A DNA stretch of 64,000 bases. Source: a candidate division Kazan bacterium. Lineage in GTDB: Bacteria > Patescibacteriota > Kazan-3B-28. The stretch is taken from NCBI GenBank assembly GCA_003647645.1, contig QMNG01000001.1, positions 7,938 through 71,937 of the forward strand. The letters run 5' to 3'. Numbering within the stretch: the first letter of the stretch is position 1; every line of letters begins with the position of its first letter. The translations under genes were made by a program, and so were the position numbers. The notes beneath the pieces were generated by a model. It did not search any database. It had not been told where the DNA came from and saw nothing but the letters and a program-made list of their open reading frames with translations. This document shows positions 1 through 7,471 of this stretch, piece by piece.

Positions 1-217
1 CGGAAAATTGTTTGAACATTATAAATCACATAATTCGATGATTGAGCCCGGGAGTTTTGTAATATCGCCAGACAAAGTGATTAGTTTTTTTACCGAGGAT
101 GAAATAAAAGCCGCACTTAAAGGTATGAAAATAGACTATTTAGGAGTTGAACAATTTACTGACCAATCTAAAAATCAGAATGTCATCTATCTCCTCGCGC
201 GTAAAATAGGCAACTAA
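1..217 (+). CDS. 3' fragment of a gene cut by the window edge; function unknown
   Basis: Frame of track ORF 8..217 stays open back to position 2; TAA at 215-217; no diagnostic motif in the visible ~70 residues. Confidence 0.4.
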   Translation, partial: GKLFEHYKSHNSMIEPGSFVISPDKVISFFTEDEIKAALKGMKIDYLGVEQFTDQSKNQNVIYLLARKIGN

Positions 218-334
218 TTTAGTATTTTTTCTCCTTTCGAGGTGGGTCATCGGTAGTTTTGCTTGTTCTGGAACGGGTTTTTTGATAGGCTTTAAGAGAT
301 ATGTTAATCTATCCTCTATATAAGCTGCTAAAAT

Positions 335-359
335 AAATGGCCCAGAATCTGGGCCATTT
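335..359 (+). terminator. Intergenic hairpin, probable terminator
   Basis: Perfect 10-bp stem aaatggccca/tgggccattt with 5-nt loop between two plus-strand genes. Confidence 0.4.
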
Positions 360-364
360 AGAGT

Positions 365-1003
365 TTGGGGTATAATTCAGATGTGAAACTCATTATTGTT
401 CGACATGGAGAATCAGATATGAATGTGGCTGGCCTTAGCCAAGGGCCGGTGACTAAGAGCCACCTGACAGAGCGAGGGAGAGAGCAATCGGCCAAACTGG
501 CTGAAAAATTGCGCGATACTAAGATAGATTTAGCATTTATTAGTTCGGCAGATAGAACCCGGCAAACTGCTGAAATCATTTTGACATATCATCCGGATGC
601 AAAGATTAACTTTTCAAGCCAACTTTTAGAGAAAAACCCCGGCAAGTTTGCCGGTCGGCCAACTCATGAATTAAGAGAAGCCTGGCGGGCTTCCGATTTA
701 CCGTTCGGTGAATTTCAACCGGAGGGTGGGGAGAGTTGGTATCAAGCAGGGAGGCGGGTAGTTGATTTTATTGAGAAGTTGATTAAAAAGTACAAGGGTA
801 GCGATTCTACAATCTTGATCGTTGGCCACGGTGGTGTTCTTACCTATCTCTTTATGTGGTCTGACAAGTTTGATCCCAGAACTGACAGCAAAGAGAAGTA
901 TGATCATTACCATGTGGACAACACTGCTGTGAGCGTGATAGAGGTTGACCATAACGGTCAGCCGATACTGGCTTCCATCAACGATACTAGCCATCTTGAC
1001 TAA
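365..1003 (+). CDS. Histidine phosphatase superfamily (phosphoglycerate mutase-like) protein
   Basis: N-terminal LIIVRHGES (RHG catalytic motif) and distal LIVGHGGV histidine motif; start ambiguous (TTG 365 or GTG 383, the latter 6 nt after TATAAT at 371-376). Confidence 0.8.
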   Translation: MGYNSDVKLIIVRHGESDMNVAGLSQGPVTKSHLTERGREQSAKLAEKLRDTKIDLAFISSADRTRQTAEIILTYHPDAKINFSSQLLEKNPGKFAGRPTHELREAWRASDLPFGEFQPEGGESWYQAGRRVVDFIEKLIKKYKGSDSTILIVGHGGVLTYLFMWSDKFDPRTDSKEKYDHYHVDNTAVSVIEVDHNGQPILASINDTSHLD

Positions 1004-1128
1004 CCCGCTCAGCCTCTAACCAGCTAACCTGCTTACCCACTAATTCCCTTGCCCCAAAGCCATTTTTCCTATATAAAGGAACTGCCTATCCAATGGGGTA
1101 GAGTACTTTGAGATTAGGGGATGACGCA

Positions 1129-1527
1129 ATGAATCTTTGGATTATTGGCGTAGCCATCTTGTTGCTGGTGGGAGTACAGTGGCTGGTGTTGGTTTTTGAC
1201 CGAGATCTCCGCAACGCAGGCGTTGTACGCCAGCATCCCGCCGCCGTGGGTATTACACAGTTTACACACATGTTCTTACCGTCGGCGCTGGCCGGTATGG
1301 CCTACTGTCTATTCTGGTTTGGGATTAACTGGAACCTAATGGCAGCTCAGAACTTTGGCTGTGCGGATGTGGTGGGAGCCTCGTCATGGCAGGCTGTCAT
1401 CATGGCGCTGGTCCTGGCATCTATGGGAGGTCTAATGCTCTCCACCCTGGCTTTGTTCATTCCCATCGGCAATGTCCTGCTCTTCCCATTTGTGCCTTAC
1501 TTGCTCTTTAAGAATAGGGGTCAGTAA
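1129..1527 (+). CDS. Small integral membrane protein, unknown function
   Basis: Track ORF 1108..1527; ATG at 1129 gives MNLWIIGVAILLLVG; about 4 hydrophobic helices; tagagt -10-like box at 1098-1103. Confidence 0.55.
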   Translation: MNLWIIGVAILLLVGVQWLVLVFDRDLRNAGVVRQHPAAVGITQFTHMFLPSALAGMAYCLFWFGINWNLMAAQNFGCADVVGASSWQAVIMALVLASMGGLMLSTLALFIPIGNVLLFPFVPYLLFKNRGQ

Positions 1528-1640
1528 TCCTCGCAGTTAAGCCTCTGCGTATCAAAAGGCTTTTTTGTTTTTATTTAAGGGGTAGGGAATAGTATATACT
1601 ATTTATATTTACTTTTAGCAAAGGATTCTTTGCGTCACCA

Positions 1641-1867
1641 TTTTGCTTGCCCAAACGGCTAGTTTCCCAAGCGCTTGACGGCGCTTGACCCGTCGGGACT
1701 TTTCTAGAAAAGTCCCCCCAAAAGTCCTCCGCAGTCGTTTTCGCTATTCATAAAAGAAAACTACCTTTCCAGCTCTCGCTGAACTCGGTTGCCGCGGCGA
1801 CCTCAAACATGCAGCCCCGCCAGCGGCAGTTTTCTTAATGAATTACGCTCAAACTCCAATGCTCGAT
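1641..1867. repeat. Copy A of a ~225-nt structured intergenic element (possible ncRNA), second copy at 28451-28670
   Basis: Shared blocks TTTGCTTGCCC, CAAAAGTCCTCCGC, CTGAACTCG, GCTCAAAC, AATGCTCGAT; hairpin 1695-1716 and helix 1747-1762:1828-1842 retained in copy B through compensatory substitutions. Confidence 0.6.
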
Positions 1868-2083
1868 AGGGAATAAAAAGCTTCCCGCTCTAGGAGCGGG
1901 TAACTTATTGAGATTTATATTTAAGTAGGTTGTTATATGCTGTCAATGTGAAGTGCCAGTCTAACCCTCAGGGAAGCTAATATCATTGACCATCCAATAT
2001 CGTCTGGCGGAATGGGTTGACAGAGCATTTAAGTATGGTATGCTTAGACTGATATCCATTTATCAGGGTGAAAGGAATAAAAT

Positions 2084-2437
2084 ATGAAAGCGGATAAGGA
2101 GATTCTAGGTTTGGTCGCTCAAATGCGCAATATGCTCGACTCACTGGAGTTAAAGTTGGGTGTCAGCCAGGGCAACGACAGGCCGTCAAAGCAAGTGCAG
2201 AAGCCACGAGCCGATTATTCGGGGCCAAGTGGCGGTGTGAGGCTGCTGTTAGATGAAGACTTCTTTAAAACTCCTAAAGCTGTGTCGGCGGTAGAGAGTC
2301 GTCTGCGTCAAGAGGGACGTCACTATCGGCAATCTGTGGTTGCAATGGCCTTATTGCGTGCTGTGCGCAAGCGTCTGTTGACTAGGTTACCATCTGGCGG
2401 CAAGAAAGGACAGTGGAGTTATGTTGAAAGAAAGTAG
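2084..2437 (+). CDS. Small coiled-coil plus winged-helix-like protein, paralog 1 of a tandem family
   Basis: 117 aa; N-terminal amphipathic helix, Gly-rich linker SGPSGGVRLLL, C-terminal module ending KKGQWSYVERK; paralogous to 2421..2768 and 3056..3370; TTGACA at 2018-2023 upstream. Confidence 0.6.
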   Translation: MKADKEILGLVAQMRNMLDSLELKLGVSQGNDRPSKQVQKPRADYSGPSGGVRLLLDEDFFKTPKAVSAVESRLRQEGRHYRQSVVAMALLRAVRKRLLTRLPSGGKKGQWSYVERK

Positions 2438-2768
2438 TATTGTAAAAAAACTGCATGAATTATCTAAGCGGGTAGCCCGGCTGGAGCGATTGCTGATACT
2501 AGGCCGCCCGTCTGAGTCGGCTAGCGATCCAGTAGGGAGAGCTCCAAGTGGTTTTCGCGGCTCAACGGGAGGTGTCCGGCTGCTTATTAAAGATGGAGTC
2601 TTTAGGCAGAAGTGTCAGCTATCTGATGTAGTGGCTGCACTGACCAAAAGGGGTTATCACTACAGCCGTCAGGCAGTGCATGAGTCTCTGAGAAGACTCT
2701 CTTCGACTCATGGTCCGCTTGTGTCGTTAAAAGAAAAGGGCCGTAAAGTTTATGTTGAGAGGAGATAA
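2421..2768 (+). CDS. Small coiled-coil plus winged-helix-like protein, paralog 2
   Basis: 115 aa; GSTGGVRLLIKDGVF...KRGYHYSRQAVHESLRRL...KGRKVYVERR aligns with paralog 1; 17-nt overlap with the upstream gene suggests coupling. Confidence 0.6.
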   Translation: MLKESSIVKKLHELSKRVARLERLLILGRPSESASDPVGRAPSGFRGSTGGVRLLIKDGVFRQKCQLSDVVAALTKRGYHYSRQAVHESLRRLSSTHGPLVSLKEKGRKVYVERR

Positions 2769-2770
2769 TT

Positions 2771-2986
2771 GTGAAAAGAAAAAGGTCGAAAACGAGTCTC
2801 GCTGAAAAACTTATCAAAGTTATTAATAAGGAGCCGAGGTCTGCGGAGGAGCTTCGGCGAGATTTGAAAGACAGGTTTGGGTACAATGAGAAACCAGAGG
2901 ATATTAGAGTAAATCTACTTTACCTGTTGCGGCGGGAGAGGATTAAGCGGAAGAAGAGTGAGAAAATATACAAGTACCATATTTAA
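2771..2986 (+). CDS. Minimal basic winged-helix-like protein, paralog 3 (lacks N-terminal helix)
   Basis: 71 aa, GTG start 2771 preceded by gagaggag; EELRRDLKDRFGY...RVNLLYLLRRERIKRKKSEKIYKYHI follows the C-terminal module pattern of its neighbours. Confidence 0.5.
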   Translation: MKRKRSKTSLAEKLIKVINKEPRSAEELRRDLKDRFGYNEKPEDIRVNLLYLLRRERIKRKKSEKIYKYHI

Positions 2987-3003
2987 TTTGAGAATGGCAA
3001 GGT

Positions 3004-3048
3004 CCGAACAATCCAAACAATCCCAACAATCCGAACAATCTGAACATA
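3004..3048. repeat. Five tandem 9-mers CCNAACAAT directly upstream of paralog 4
   Basis: ccgaacaat ccaaacaat cccaacaat ccgaacaat ctgaacata, ending 7 nt before ATG 3056; position fits an operator or iteron-like array over the promoter. Confidence 0.7.
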
Positions 3049-3055
3049 TAAGACT

Positions 3056-3370
3056 ATGAACAAGAAGATCATTCAATCACTTATCAAACGGATAAAACGA
3101 CTCGAGAATCACGTCTTCGGCAGCAAAAAATCACAGCGCCCGCAGAAAAGAAAAAGTAAAAGCTTGCCGGATATTATTCTTGGGCTGAGGGATTCAGGAT
3201 TCTTTAAGCAACCCCGGACAGTAAAATCAGTTTATGATAAGTTACTGCTGATGTATCATACTGATCTTAAAAAGGTAGATACAGCTCTTCATAGGCTCCG
3301 GGTTCGAAAAAAACTTCGGATAACTCATTTGTCAGATGGAAAGAAGGAGGTGAAAGCGTATGTCTGGTAA
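3056..3370 (+). CDS. Small coiled-coil plus winged-helix-like protein, paralog 4
   Basis: 104 aa; IKRIKRLENHVFG helix, LPDIILGLRDSGFFKQPRTVKSVYDKLL...GKKEVKAYVW matches paralogs 1 and 2. Confidence 0.6.
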   Translation: MNKKIIQSLIKRIKRLENHVFGSKKSQRPQKRKSKSLPDIILGLRDSGFFKQPRTVKSVYDKLLLMYHTDLKKVDTALHRLRVRKKLRITHLSDGKKEVKAYVW

Positions 3371-4145
3371 AGTGACCGATACCGAGGCGAAGATAAAGAG
3401 TATTCTTCAGCAAGAGTTTGAGAAGGGCCGCATAGATGCAATCTTAAAGCATTTCACTACTGCGAAGGAAAAATATAGAGAGGGAGATTGGGATGGTTCT
3501 ATATCTAAGTCCAGCAAGTTTGTCGAAGCGGTAACAAAGATGCTATTGCGGTTTTGTGGTAAGACCCTACCAAGAACAAGGCAATTTCGTGCTGGGCAAT
3601 CTTTGCGCAATCTTGAAAATGAACCTATTTCAATTGATGACGCAGTACGTATTGTAATACCGAAATGCTGTTTGTTTATTTACGAAATAGCCAGTAACCG
3701 AGGAGCTCGTCATGATACTGATGAAGTAGATGCGAATGAGATTGACGCCGGTGTAATCGACATATCAATATCTTGGGTTTTAGGCGAACTGATTCGTTTC
3801 GCTAGCAAGAGAAGTAAAGACCCCGAAGAAGCACAGGAACTAGTAGAAGCGCTCGCTGGCAAAACATATCCATTTTTCGAAGAAATCGAGGATAGATTCT
3901 ACGTCAATATTGAAGGATTAAGTGCCAAAAAAACTGCTTTACTTATTCTTTATGGTCGCTATTCTCGTAGGACTAAACCAGATATCTTGCTAAAGTTAGT
4001 GGAACGACATGGGTTTTCGTCCAAAAATGCTGACATGGCTGTCAGGCGTGTAAAGAAGATTTGTGATATTAACGAGCGCGGTATGAGGTTGAGAAGCATT
4101 GGTATAAAGAAGGCTGAAATGCTCTTAACCCAATTTGGTAAATAA
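3360..4145 (+). CDS. Helical N-terminal domain (weak HEPN-like NRGARHD signature) fused to the same winged-helix-like C-terminal module
   Basis: 261 aa; aaggagg 3344-3350 before ATG 3360, 11-nt overlap with paralog 4; C-terminus LLILYGRYSRRTKPDILLKLVERHGFSSKNADMAVRRVKK follows the module pattern; ccctcc...ggaggg hairpin plus T-run at ~4173-4210. Confidence 0.5.
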   Translation: MSGKVTDTEAKIKSILQQEFEKGRIDAILKHFTTAKEKYREGDWDGSISKSSKFVEAVTKMLLRFCGKTLPRTRQFRAGQSLRNLENEPISIDDAVRIVIPKCCLFIYEIASNRGARHDTDEVDANEIDAGVIDISISWVLGELIRFASKRSKDPEEAQELVEALAGKTYPFFEEIEDRFYVNIEGLSAKKTALLILYGRYSRRTKPDILLKLVERHGFSSKNADMAVRRVKKICDINERGMRLRSIGIKKAEMLLTQFGK

Positions 4146-4232
4146 TACTAGAGATTGGCTTCGGGGGTGCATAGCCCTCCCTAGCTCATAGAGCGACGGA
4201 GGGGTTTTTGATTTGGGCCTACCTACTGGAGG

Positions 4233-4252
4233 TAGGGTATAATTCAGTTATG
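4233..4252 (+). promoter_or_regulatory. Leaderless-type promoter of the SIR2-like gene
   Basis: tagggTATAAT (4238-4243) then 6 nt then ATG 4250. Confidence 0.5.
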
Positions 4253-5473
4253 AAGGAGAAAGTTAAAACAGTTCTAATTTTTGGAGCGGGGGCATCTTAT
4301 GATTGTGGAAACCCGACAAAAATTCGGATACCTATGTCTAGAGATATCTACAACATGGGTGCCATCGACAAAATTGATCAGTTACGATCAGCCCCTACAA
4401 CTTGGTCGTATATCCGGTCTAGGGCATCATCTGTGCAGATTACTATACAAACAGAGTTCGAGGGTAATACCGAAAAGTATTTGGATAGTGTTTGGGATAA
4501 TCCAAGAGAACAACAGTTTATGATTGATTCTCTATACTATTTGCGCCATCTGACATCGGTAGGAGAAGTTATATCTGGTAATACTAATAATTATCAAAAG
4601 TTATTTGACTGGGTTATTAAGAAAGAAGAAATCCGACTTTCTGACGTAATAAGCTTCAATTATGATACTATCTTAGATAGCACTTTTTGCCCAAGATTCG
4701 GGATTGAAGATAATCCCAAAAGCTATCTTGGTTTGAATCGTTCTGGGCCACGATTGATTAAGCCACATGGCTCTGCCAACTGGTATGTAAAAATCCCAGT
4801 ACCAGATCATGGCAAGTTGGCGCAGTATAGCGATTCCCACAGAAGATCAATGGAAAAAGTTCGTTTATGTAGAGACTTTATTCTGCAGCCAGATATAGAT
4901 ATAGATCAAATCAATGTGGGTGATGCTGGCAGGATTTCCGGACTCATAAGTGACCCAGGGAATATCTTGCCCAGACCCTGCATCATACTACCGTTATTAT
5001 CTAAAGCGGTTGTTACGAACGTATTCCCCGAGATTATGCAAGCGACTGAGGATGCTATTAGTAAAGCTGACCACCTGATCCTAATTGGTTACAGGGGGGC
5101 GGATGACGATTTCACTAACATTTTGTCTAACAGATTATCAGTCGGCAGTAAAAAACTTGTGGTATCTACGGTTGGTATGGGTAGTGCAGTTGAGATACGA
5201 GATACATTAGTAAAGCTTGGTGCCACCGGTTTGGCAGGGTTTGCTTTCACAGGTGGTTTTACTAGATTCATAGATGTTCTAAACAGTCAGTATTCTCAAT
5301 CCGTTGTGGATTTTGTTGGTGATGGTTATCTTTGTGTAAGAGACTTCAGGATAAAAAAAGACTTTATGGAGCAGTGGGTAGCTAGACCTATTAGCGATTC
5401 AGGTGTTTTATTGAGTAACGATTTTGAGAGACTAGTCAAAGGTCAGGAAATAGCTCCCGGGGCTGGTTTTTGA
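4250..5473 (+). CDS. SIR2_2-like (SIR2-family, non-sirtuin) protein, candidate NADase effector
   Basis: LIFGAGASYDCG, SFNYDTILDS, IKPHGSANWY and LILIGYRGADDDF in the order typical of the SIR2-like defence domain; no sirtuin CxxC zinc ribbon; in-frame ATG 4250 preferred over TTG 4208. Confidence 0.65.
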   Translation: MKEKVKTVLIFGAGASYDCGNPTKIRIPMSRDIYNMGAIDKIDQLRSAPTTWSYIRSRASSVQITIQTEFEGNTEKYLDSVWDNPREQQFMIDSLYYLRHLTSVGEVISGNTNNYQKLFDWVIKKEEIRLSDVISFNYDTILDSTFCPRFGIEDNPKSYLGLNRSGPRLIKPHGSANWYVKIPVPDHGKLAQYSDSHRRSMEKVRLCRDFILQPDIDIDQINVGDAGRISGLISDPGNILPRPCIILPLLSKAVVTNVFPEIMQATEDAISKADHLILIGYRGADDDFTNILSNRLSVGSKKLVVSTVGMGSAVEIRDTLVKLGATGLAGFAFTGGFTRFIDVLNSQYSQSVVDFVGDGYLCVRDFRIKKDFMEQWVARPISDSGVLLSNDFERLVKGQEIAPGAGF

Positions 5474-5475
5474 TT

Positions 5476-5495
5476 TGGGGTATAATTGGAATATG
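5476..5495 (+). promoter_or_regulatory. Leaderless-type promoter of the methyltransferase gene
   Basis: tggggTATAAT (5481-5486) then 6 nt then ATG 5493; SIR2-like gene stop TGA at 5471-5473. Confidence 0.5.
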
Positions 5496-6635
5496 GGGAC
5501 AACAAAGAGGCAATTGGGCCAATTTTTTACAACCAATGCAGACTATATTTTGCAGGGTTTTGAGCGATATGTAGCAGGTAAAGATGTAACGGATCCTTTT
5601 GCTGGTGGAAGTGATCTTCTGTTATGGTCTCAAAATCACGGTGCTAAAACGGTGCGGGGGTTTGATTGCGATAAAAGATATGTAGATGATCGGATTATTT
5701 TTAAAAACGATTCAATCAATTCTCCTGGCAGTTATAAGTTTGTATGTACTAATCCTCCCTACCTACACAAAAACAAAGCCGACAAATTAACCAAAAAGTT
5801 ATTTTTTAATGGGGATCATTCGGTCTTTGAGGACCTGTACCAGGTATCGATATTTTCTATGCTGGGAGCAGAGGAAGGTATTGTTATAATACCACTCAAC
5901 TTCCTCTGTGCTGATAATTCTCGTAAGATACGGAATTTATTCTTTGAAAAGTTTAAGATTGTTAAGCTTAATATTTTTACTGAGCAAGTTTTTCACGACA
6001 CGACTTACAATGTAATCTCTTTCTATTTTAGGAGGTGTAAGAAAACAGCTGATGTATATACAATCCCCGCATTGGTTTTACCAGAGCATAGAGAAATATC
6101 ATTGACTATCGAAAAACGGCTAGGCTGGAAATTAGGTGGTGAGTTCTTAGCACGGGTGAATGGTACCAACAGTAAAGGAGTCATGCGACTCACTCAAGAT
6201 ATGATTCATGAGGGTCCCCATCAAGTTCTGCTATCCGTACAGGATTTGAAACAGGCAGCAATGTGTTGGGTAGACAGCTCCACGAAGAAGATGCTTAAGC
6301 AGAATATTCTACTTTTAAGAGCGATAGATAGTAAGAATAGTCATAAAATTAGGTTAGAAGACATTAGACAGTATGGTGTAGATGGATTAGTGGGTAAATC
6401 AACTTCACGCAATATGGCTCACATTATATTCAAGGAACCGTTGTCAATTAATGAACAGTTAGAGCTGATAGATAAATTCAATAGCATGTTAAATAAACAT
6501 CGCGAAAGATATTTTTCATTCTTTCTGACCAATTATCGTGATAACAACCGGAAAAGAATTTCTTTTGATTTCACATATAAATTCATAAATTATTTAATCT
6601 CCTCACAGCGGACGTTGGAAGGAGTAATGAGATAA
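5493..6635 (+). CDS. N6-adenine DNA methyltransferase (gamma-class, NPPY)
   Basis: LGQFFT, DPFAGGSDLL (motif I FxGxG) followed by CTNPPYLHKNKA (motif IV). Confidence 0.8.
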   Translation: MGTTKRQLGQFFTTNADYILQGFERYVAGKDVTDPFAGGSDLLLWSQNHGAKTVRGFDCDKRYVDDRIIFKNDSINSPGSYKFVCTNPPYLHKNKADKLTKKLFFNGDHSVFEDLYQVSIFSMLGAEEGIVIIPLNFLCADNSRKIRNLFFEKFKIVKLNIFTEQVFHDTTYNVISFYFRRCKKTADVYTIPALVLPEHREISLTIEKRLGWKLGGEFLARVNGTNSKGVMRLTQDMIHEGPHQVLLSVQDLKQAAMCWVDSSTKKMLKQNILLLRAIDSKNSHKIRLEDIRQYGVDGLVGKSTSRNMAHIIFKEPLSINEQLELIDKFNSMLNKHRERYFSFFLTNYRDNNRKRISFDFTYKFINYLISSQRTLEGVMR

Positions 6636-6636
6636 G

Positions 6637-7455
6637 TTGCAAATAATTGTTATGAATAAATGGGTTAAAAAGAGTCTGGATTTAGCAGCTTCCCCCGGTT
6701 ATCTGGATAAGTTACATGACATCTACCCTGTAGACATCAGTGTGGTGCGACAGATAGGTTCCCAAGTAGAGCAGTCTATCAAAGCGGCTTTTAAAAGTAG
6801 GAATAAAGAGAGATTGATAACGACTTTGCTTGATTTAGAGCGTTTTCCAATTGATGAACCATATGTAGGATTTATTCGTAAGAACAGAGCTGCACTGGGC
6901 AGGAATCCCAAGACAGTACGACGTATCTACAGAAGGCTCGAAGAACTAGGTTTGCCAGGTATTCTCGAAGGCGTGAGTAAACCACCGTCACCATCGCGTA
7001 AAATGGGCCCCGCATTTAAAAAATGGCTACACAGTCTCGGATATCCTGTTCTAAGTGCTAGGGAGATTTTAGAGACCAGAGAAAAAATTGCTGTTTTGTC
7101 AGGCAGTGATGCTGCTCTCAAGAAATTTGCCAAACATGAATTAGGATACCGAGGAGGTAAAGGATTAGACTTGGTTATGAAGGTGGGAGAAACATTCTTG
7201 ATCGGAGAAGCAAAATTTATGTCAACTGGCGGCGGAACTCAGGATAAAAGTTTTCGAGAGAGTTTACGTTTTGTCAAGAGTTCTAGTGGTAATGCGATAC
7301 GAATTGCGGTTATGGATGGCATTGCCTGGGCACGACCCTTTCAACAGAGGTCATCCAAATCACTGACTTTATATAAAAGCGTGGAGAAATTGGGTGAAAA
7401 GCAGGTAGTGCTGAGTGCCTTATTGCTCAAACAATTTATTAATTCATTGGCATAG
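6637..7455 (+). CDS. Putative type II restriction endonuclease (PD-(D/E)xK)
   Basis: Immediately follows the MTase; GLDLVMKVGETFLIGEAKF gives D...(E)xK spacing; start TTG 6637 or ATG 6652. Confidence 0.5.
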   Translation: MQIIVMNKWVKKSLDLAASPGYLDKLHDIYPVDISVVRQIGSQVEQSIKAAFKSRNKERLITTLLDLERFPIDEPYVGFIRKNRAALGRNPKTVRRIYRRLEELGLPGILEGVSKPPSPSRKMGPAFKKWLHSLGYPVLSAREILETREKIAVLSGSDAALKKFAKHELGYRGGKGLDLVMKVGETFLIGEAKFMSTGGGTQDKSFRESLRFVKSSSGNAIRIAVMDGIAWARPFQQRSSKSLTLYKSVEKLGEKQVVLSALLLKQFINSLA

Positions 7456-7471
7456 AAATTGCTCGGATTGT

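Noticed and set aside
4281-4523. Alternative-frame 80-aa ORF inside the SIR2-like gene, and the many antisense ORFs inside uvrA, uvrC, ligA, mfd, der and aspS
   Set aside because: They are fully nested in long ORFs with strong family motifs, and have no RBS or motif of their own. These are typical shadow ORFs.
2084-7455. Mobile-element boundaries (integrase, transposase, direct repeats or a tRNA target) for the accessory block
   Set aside because: No recombinase gene and no flanking direct repeats were found by eye, and the nearest tRNA genes are more than 45 kb away. The block is therefore reported as a genomic island candidate without a claimed mobility mechanism.
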